Below, piece by piece: positions 27,176 to 32,000 of a DNA stretch of 32,000 nt. The stretch spans positions 750,001 through 782,000 of the forward strand of contig NC_002677.1 in NCBI RefSeq assembly GCF_000195855.1. Reading direction: 5' to 3'. This DNA is from Mycobacterium leprae TN. Its GTDB lineage: Bacteria > Actinomycetota > Actinomycetes > Mycobacteriales > Mycobacteriaceae. The translations under genes and the position numbers were made by a program. The notes below the pieces were generated by a model. It saw only the letters and a list, made by a program, of their open reading frames with translations, searched no databases and had not been told where the DNA came from. The first letter of the stretch is position 1; every line of letters starts with the position of its first letter.

Positions 27176-30127
27176 GTGGGGATGCGGCCCGCTGCAAGGA
27201 TGCCGAAACTGACTCGGCGTAGCCGGACTCTGATCATGGTCGCACTGGGTGTGATCGTGTTGCTGCTTGCGGGTCCGCGACTGGTCGATGCGTACGTTGA
27301 GTGGCTGTGGTTCGGTGAGCTTGGCTACCGTTCGGTATTCAGTACTGTGCTGGTTACCCGCGTCGTGGTGTTCCTGGTAGCCGGGCTGGTGGTCGGCGGC
27401 ATTGTGTTTGCCGGACTCGCGGTGGCTTATCGAACTCGCCCGGTCTTTGTCCCGAGTCACGACAACGACCCGGTGGCGCGGTATCGCGCCATGGCGTTAT
27501 CGCGGCTCCGGTTGATCGGTGTCGGGATCCCGGCGGCGATCGGCCTGCTGGCCGGCATTATCGCGCAGAGCTACTGGGTCCGGATCCAACTGTTCTTGCA
27601 CGGCGATAACTTTGGTATCAGGGATCCACAGTTCGGCAAGGACCTCGGTTTTTACGCGTTCGAACTGCCATTCTACCGGCTGGTTCTCAGCTACGTGTTT
27701 GTTGCGGTATTTCTGGCTTTTGTCGTAAACCTGTTGGCGCACTATATCTTCGGTGGAATCCGGCTGTCCGGACGCACTGGCGCGCTAAGCCGCTTGGCGC
27801 GTCTCCAGTTGGTCAGCTTGGTCGGTGTGCTGGTGCTACTTAAAGCTGTTGCCTATTGGCTGGACCGATATGAGTTACTGTCGCGTACGCGTAGCAGTAA
27901 GCCGTTCACCGGCGCTGGATACACTGATATCAATGCGGTGCAGCCCGCCAAGCTGATCTTGATAGCGATTGCGCTGATTTGTGCCGCTGCCGTGTTCTCC
28001 GCGATCACGTTGCGGGACTTTCGGATTCCTGCCATCGGCCTCGTTTTGCTGATGCTGTCGTCGTTGATCGTGGGTACGGGTTGGCCGTTGATCGTTGAAC
28101 AGCTCATCGCCAAGCCGGATGCGGTACGCAAGGAAAGCGAGTACATCAGGCGAAGTATCACCGCGACCCGGCATGCCTATGGCCTGACTGAAGATGTGGT
28201 GACCTATCGGAATTATATCGGCGACGCGCCTGCGATCGCCCAGCAGATCGCCACTGATCATGCTACCACCTCGAACATCCGGCTACTCGACCCCACGATC
28301 GTCAGCCCTGCGTTTACCCAATTCCAGCGGGGTAAGAACTTTTACTACTTCCCCGACCAGCTGTCAATCGACCGTTACCTTGACAAAAAGGGTAACCTCC
28401 GTGACTACGTTGTGGCGGCGCGTGAGCTCAACCCGGACCGGTTGATTGACAATCAGCGTGACTGGATCAACCGGCATACCGTTTACACGCACGGGAACGG
28501 ATTCATAGCGTCGCCGGCAAACACCGTACGCGGTATCGCCAATGACCCGAACCAAAATGGTGGCTATCCTCAATTCTTGGTCAATGTCGTCGGGAACGGT
28601 ACCGTGGTGTCCGAAGGGCCGGCGCGGCTGGATCAACCCCGCGTTTACTTCGGGCCGGTGATCTCCAATACCTCCGCCGATTATGCGATCGTCGGAAAAA
28701 ATGGTGATGACCGCGAATACGACTACGAGACCAACACCGATACCAAGAGATACACCTACGCTGGCAGCGGGGGAGTCCCGATCGGCAGCTGGCTGTCCCG
28801 TAGTGTGTTCGCTGCGAAATTTGCCGAGCGAAATTTTTTGTTTTCCAGCGTGATTGGTTCCAACAGCAAGATTTTGTTCAACCGCGATCCGGCGCAGCGG
28901 GTGGAAGCGGTGGCGCCTTGGTTGACGACTGACAGCAGCGTTTATCCGGCCATCGTGAACAAGCGACTGGTGTGGATCATCGACGGCTACACCACTCTGG
29001 ACAATTATCCCTACTCTGAACGTACCTCGCTGTCGTCGGCGACTGCCGACTCTACCGAGGTGGCTTTCAATCGATTGGCTCCCGATAAGCGAGTCGCATA
29101 TATCCGGAACTCGGTGAAGGCCACTGTGGATGCTTACGACGGCGCCGTGACGCTATATCAGCAGGATGAGTATGATCCGGTGCTAAAAGTGTGGATGAAG
29201 GTCTTTCCGGGCACCGTCCGACCCAAAGGCGACATTACGCCCGAACTGGCGGAGCATCTCCGCTATCCCGAGGACCTGTTCAAGGTGCAGCGGATGCTGC
29301 TGGCTAAGTATCATGTCAATGATCCCGGAACGTTCTTCAACACATCGGATTTCTGGGACGTGCCGCTAGATCCGAATCCGACTGCCAGCAGTTATCAGCC
29401 GCCGTACTACATCGTCGCGAAAAACATTCTCAAGAACGACAGGTCGGCATCATACCAGCTGACCAGCGCGATGAATAGGTTCAAGCAAGACTTCCTGGCC
29501 GCTTACATCAGCGCCAGCTCTGATCCTGAGACGTACGGCAAGATCACTGTGCTGACCATTCCTGGAAACGTCAACGGTCCCAAACTGGCCAATAACGCGA
29601 TCACCACCGATCCGGCGGTATCCCAGGATCTGGGTGTGATTGGGCGGGACAACCAAAACCGGATCCGTTGGGGTAACTTGCTGACGCTGCCGGTGGCTCA
29701 GGGTGGGCTGCTGTACGTGGAACCTGTCTATGCATCACCGGGTGTCAGCGACGCCGCCTCGTCGTACCCGCGTCTTATTCGCGTGGCAATGATGTACAAC
29801 GACAAGATTGGATACGGCCCCACCGTCGGTGACGCGCTCACCGGCCTATTCGGGCCCGGCGCGGCTTCCGCTGCTACCGGCATCGAACCGACCGAAGCGG
29901 TACCGCCAAAGTCACCCGCAGGTTCTTCGACGCCTCCGATCGCGGTGGTGCCGTCAGCCCCAGACGGGTCGGTTGCATTGTCGGCCGCCAAGGCCGCCGC
30001 GCTGCAAGAGATTCAGGCGGTGATTGGCGCGGCTCGCGAAGCACAGAAAAAGGGTGATTTCGTCGCCTATGGTTCGGCGCTACAGCGGCTCGACGACGCC
30101 ATCACTAAGTTCAACAGCACGAAGTAG
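27176..30127 (+). CDS. UPF0182 family large polytopic membrane protein (Rv3193c-like)
   Basis: The 983-aa ORF has a GTG start 8 nt after AGGGAG (alternative ATG at 27182). Multiple N-terminal TM helices ([14 protein letters not shown]...) are followed by a large soluble domain and an Ala/Pro-rich C-terminus. Confidence 0.9.
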   Translation: MGMRPAARMPKLTRRSRTLIMVALGVIVLLLAGPRLVDAYVEWLWFGELGYRSVFSTVLVTRVVVFLVAGLVVGGIVFAGLAVAYRTRPVFVPSHDNDPVARYRAMALSRLRLIGVGIPAAIGLLAGIIAQSYWVRIQLFLHGDNFGIRDPQFGKDLGFYAFELPFYRLVLSYVFVAVFLAFVVNLLAHYIFGGIRLSGRTGALSRLARLQLVSLVGVLVLLKAVAYWLDRYELLSRTRSSKPFTGAGYTDINAVQPAKLILIAIALICAAAVFSAITLRDFRIPAIGLVLLMLSSLIVGTGWPLIVEQLIAKPDAVRKESEYIRRSITATRHAYGLTEDVVTYRNYIGDAPAIAQQIATDHATTSNIRLLDPTIVSPAFTQFQRGKNFYYFPDQLSIDRYLDKKGNLRDYVVAARELNPDRLIDNQRDWINRHTVYTHGNGFIASPANTVRGIANDPNQNGGYPQFLVNVVGNGTVVSEGPARLDQPRVYFGPVISNTSADYAIVGKNGDDREYDYETNTDTKRYTYAGSGGVPIGSWLSRSVFAAKFAERNFLFSSVIGSNSKILFNRDPAQRVEAVAPWLTTDSSVYPAIVNKRLVWIIDGYTTLDNYPYSERTSLSSATADSTEVAFNRLAPDKRVAYIRNSVKATVDAYDGAVTLYQQDEYDPVLKVWMKVFPGTVRPKGDITPELAEHLRYPEDLFKVQRMLLAKYHVNDPGTFFNTSDFWDVPLDPNPTASSYQPPYYIVAKNILKNDRSASYQLTSAMNRFKQDFLAAYISASSDPETYGKITVLTIPGNVNGPKLANNAITTDPAVSQDLGVIGRDNQNRIRWGNLLTLPVAQGGLLYVEPVYASPGVSDAASSYPRLIRVAMMYNDKIGYGPTVGDALTGLFGPGAASAATGIEPTEAVPPKSPAGSSTPPIAVVPSAPDGSVALSAAKAAALQEIQAVIGAAREAQKKGDFVAYGSALQRLDDAITKFNSTK

Positions 30128-30283
30128 GTAGTCCGTATCGGTTTTGCCGCGCCGCGAGCGGCGTGTCTGTACACCGGCACGCCGTAAACTCTGGGATTCT
30201 GCGTGTGTTCGCCGTGCGTGCCACCGCTTCGGACAGGCGATTTGCTGACATTCGGCGGTGTTCGGTAACCTTGCATTTATCGA

Positions 30284-30360
30284 CGCGGGGTGGAGCAGCT
30301 CGGTAGCTCGCTGGGCTCATAACCCAGAGGTCGCAGGTTCGAATCCTGTCCCCGCTACCA
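30284..30360 (+). tRNA. initiator tRNA-Met (CAT anticodon), CCA encoded
   Basis: The 77-nt sequence is CGCGGGGTGGAGCAGCTCGGTAGCTCGCTGGGCTCATAACCCAGAGGTCGCAGGTTCGAATCCTGTCCCCGCTACCA. It has a 1:72 mismatch (C:U), three consecutive G-C pairs flanking the anticodon loop (GGGCTCATAACCC) and a T-arm GGTTCGAATCC. Confidence 0.95.
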
Positions 30361-30371
30361 GGAAAATGGCC

Positions 30372-30398
30372 CTCGGAGACTTCTTCGAGAGCTATTTT
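30372..30398 (+). terminator. candidate terminator hairpin after the tRNA
   Basis: CTCGGAG-ACTT-CTTCGAG forms a 7-bp stem with one G-U pair and a tetraloop. AGCTATTTTC follows. Confidence 0.35.
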
Positions 30399-30566
30399 CA
30401 TGCTCGATGAGCACGCTTTGGACACATTAGCTAGACTTGTTAGTTGCCTGAGAAGTCTGTTTCGTGGGTTGGGTCCCACCCTTTCTTTGCTTATGATGAT
30501 TGCGGTCCGCTGTGCCACGGTGTCTTCGTCATCGTTTGCCAAACGCGGTTTCCCAGAAATTCACCG

Positions 30567-30851
30567 CTAAAAGCTGTTCTCCTGGGGAGCTTTAGCACCC
30601 GAATTGGCATGCCAGTAGCCGTTAGCCAGTCGGCGATCATCCGAAAGCAGGTCGGTGCCAAGGTGCTCGGCGAACGTCATGTATCTTGCGTCAGCGCAGG
30701 TGACATTTGCCCGCAACCGCCCCGCACTTCGCTAAGAACAGTTCGTGTACCCAAGGCAGTCGTCCGGCAACGACGCCTATAGCGCTCGCCCGCGCAGCGG
30801 GTCGGCGGGCAGTTCGACGTCAGCGGAGGTGTCGATGACGATCGGGTTCAC
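30567..30851 (-). pseudogene. PIN-domain VapC-like toxin remnant, with its start overlapping an upstream ORF stop (GTGA)
   Basis: The minus strand reads VNPIVIDTSADVELPADPLRGRAL*, then stops, then CADARYMTFAEHLGTDLLSDDRRLA (compare GDCxxYAxAxxxGxPLLxxGxDF). It is too short and stop-interrupted for an intact VapC. The upstream frame ends in ...AAGEV* with a 4-nt GTGA overlap, as in TA operons. Confidence 0.45.
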
Positions 30852-31830
30852 ACCTCGCCAGCGGCGCGCTTAGGCGAGGGGGTCAGCAACCCGGCCACCC
30901 CGGGATCGACTGGTTTTTCCACCTGACGACGATCAAGCTAGGCGGTAGAACGACTCTGGCGTGATTTGATCATTGGGGTCGTGGACGACCACAGCCGGGT
31001 CCGACGGGATATCAGGGAAGCCCATCCACGAACTCCACCCTATCGAACTACACGAATGTGGCGGTAATACGATAATAATATAAATAGTAGTTTAGCCACA
31101 TACCCGGACACCTGTCGGGACCCGAGACTTCAGGTGTGTTTACCTGTACTCCCCCGGATTCACCTCCCTAGAGGGAAGAAGGATCATTCTGTGGCAGTAG
31201 TGTGCGGACCGTCGGTCGATGGAAGTGGGCCCGGCTTGTGGCTTGCGATGTCGGTTATTTTGCTGTCACTCCCAATCGTAGATCCCCGTCTTTCCGGAAT
31301 ATGCGCCCTAACTTGCCGGCGGGTTTGTCTACGCTTTTTATGATGTTGCCGTTGCTGCCGTCGACGGGAACGCCTAGCGAAAAAGGCAACGTTTGCTCGG
31401 AAGGAAAAAGTCACTTTCACGTCGAAGCCACCGCATTGACGCCAGTCCGGCAACAGGTTCGTCAGTTGTGTTTGGGCTGTGCTGCGCCACGAAAAGCTGT
31501 GACCGCAGCAATGATTTGCATCAAGTTGCTGGGGTCACGTGTGTCGGAGAATTGTGACGCGCGATAACTGAAGACGGCTTCGACGTTTTAGGCGTCCGGT
31601 GTGCTAGGGCGGGTGTTTGCCCAGCAAGTCGGGCGACCGATATGTCTTTGCATGTACCCCCTGTGATGTGGTTTTACGTTTGCTCTACTGTCAGGTTCTG
31701 GTCGCCGGTGATGTCCTTGGCGTCGCCGAGACCAGACAACAGCGGAGCTGTAGTACCCGGCCGCAACCGTGTCCGGCGCTGCGGTGGCGGTGTCGTGGTG
31801 GGAGCCACGGTGTTGTTCTAGGTGATGCCA

Positions 31831-31904
31831 GTTAGGGTTACCCACCCGACCAATGCGACGATGGCAAGGGTGATATATATATATATCGACAGGGTCACCC
31901 TAAC
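31831..31904. repeat. 13-bp imperfect inverted repeat flanking a 48-bp spacer
   Basis: GTTAGGGTtACCC (31831-31843) faces GGGTcACCCTAAC (31892-31904), a 12/13 complementary match. The spacer contains the (AT)7 tract. Confidence 0.8.
31873..31886. repeat. (AT)7 dinucleotide microsatellite
   Basis: gATATATATATATATc was read directly. It lies within decayed, stop-interrupted sequence. Confidence 0.95.
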
Positions 31905-32000
31905 GAGAGCGCGGTCACGCTCGCCGGTGCGACTGGCTTCTTCGCTGCAGCTTCCACTTGGTTCTTGCTAGCTGCACGAACGCGCTTGCAGTTTCTCAAA

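Noticed and set aside
30111-30542. 143-aa minus-strand ORF
   Set aside because: It reads straight through the antisense of the initiator tRNA gene and the UPF0182 3' end, so it is not credible as a gene.
31060-31100. Very AT-rich stretch (AATACGATAATAATATAAATAGTAGTTTAG)
   Set aside because: It is conspicuous against the GC-rich background but has no associated ORF, repeat or structure. It is probably decayed intergenic or foreign-derived DNA, and nothing about it is testable from the sequence alone.
1-32000. CRISPR arrays, rRNA genes, intact IS elements or transposases, and M. leprae dispersed repeats (RLEP and similar)
   Set aside because: I noticed no regularly spaced direct repeats, no transposase- or integrase-like translation, and no sequence I can match from memory to RLEP primer regions. 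A proper repeat search against the whole genome is still needed.
1-32000. A novel defence or other undescribed multi-gene system
   Set aside because: Every intact gene maps to a well-conserved mycobacterial housekeeping or core gene, and everything else looks like pseudogene debris. I found no cluster of intact unknown genes to support such a claim.

Overview
This window reads as a reductively evolved mycobacterial chromosome, almost certainly Mycobacterium leprae or a very close relative. This is inferred from translations that match M. tuberculosis proteins I recognise, mixed with many stop- and frameshift-riddled relatives of other M. tuberculosis genes. Two blocks of intact housekeeping genes sit among decayed DNA. 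Block A (6.7-17.6 kb, + strand) is hrcA, dnaJ2, rsmE, phoH, ybeY, a dead corC/tlyC-like gene, an Rv2365c-like ORF, era, a dead amiA2 amidase on the opposite strand, recO and uppS. Block B (19.1-30.4 kb) is uvrD2, the whiB7 leader and whiB7, an ABC1/UbiB-like kinase (-), a DUF2342 protein (-), a PDZ/Lon-like protease, the large UPF0182 membrane protein and an initiator tRNA-Met. The first 6.7 kb holds remnants of cysT, cysW and cysA, an MFS-like gene, an ECF sigma factor, a CMD/AhpD-like gene and a crotonase-like gene, plus one intact secreted-antigen gene (cfp2/MTB12-like). Between the blocks (17.6-19.1 kb) are decayed zur, smtB and glutaredoxin-like genes and what looks like a synteny breakpoint relative to M. 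tuberculosis. Downstream of the tRNA are a vapBC-like remnant and an (AT)7 microsatellite flanked by an inverted repeat. I saw no CRISPR array, intact mobile element, rRNA or clearly novel multi-gene system. The most interesting items are the preserved whiB7 attenuator-like leader with an unusually long Ala-rich uORF, the loss of the smtB-zur zinc regulators, gene death inside the ybeY-era operon, and the intact retention of the poorly understood UPF0182/PDZ-Lon/DUF2342/ABC1 cluster. All homology calls come from reading the translations and from memory of the families. None has been checked by a database search.
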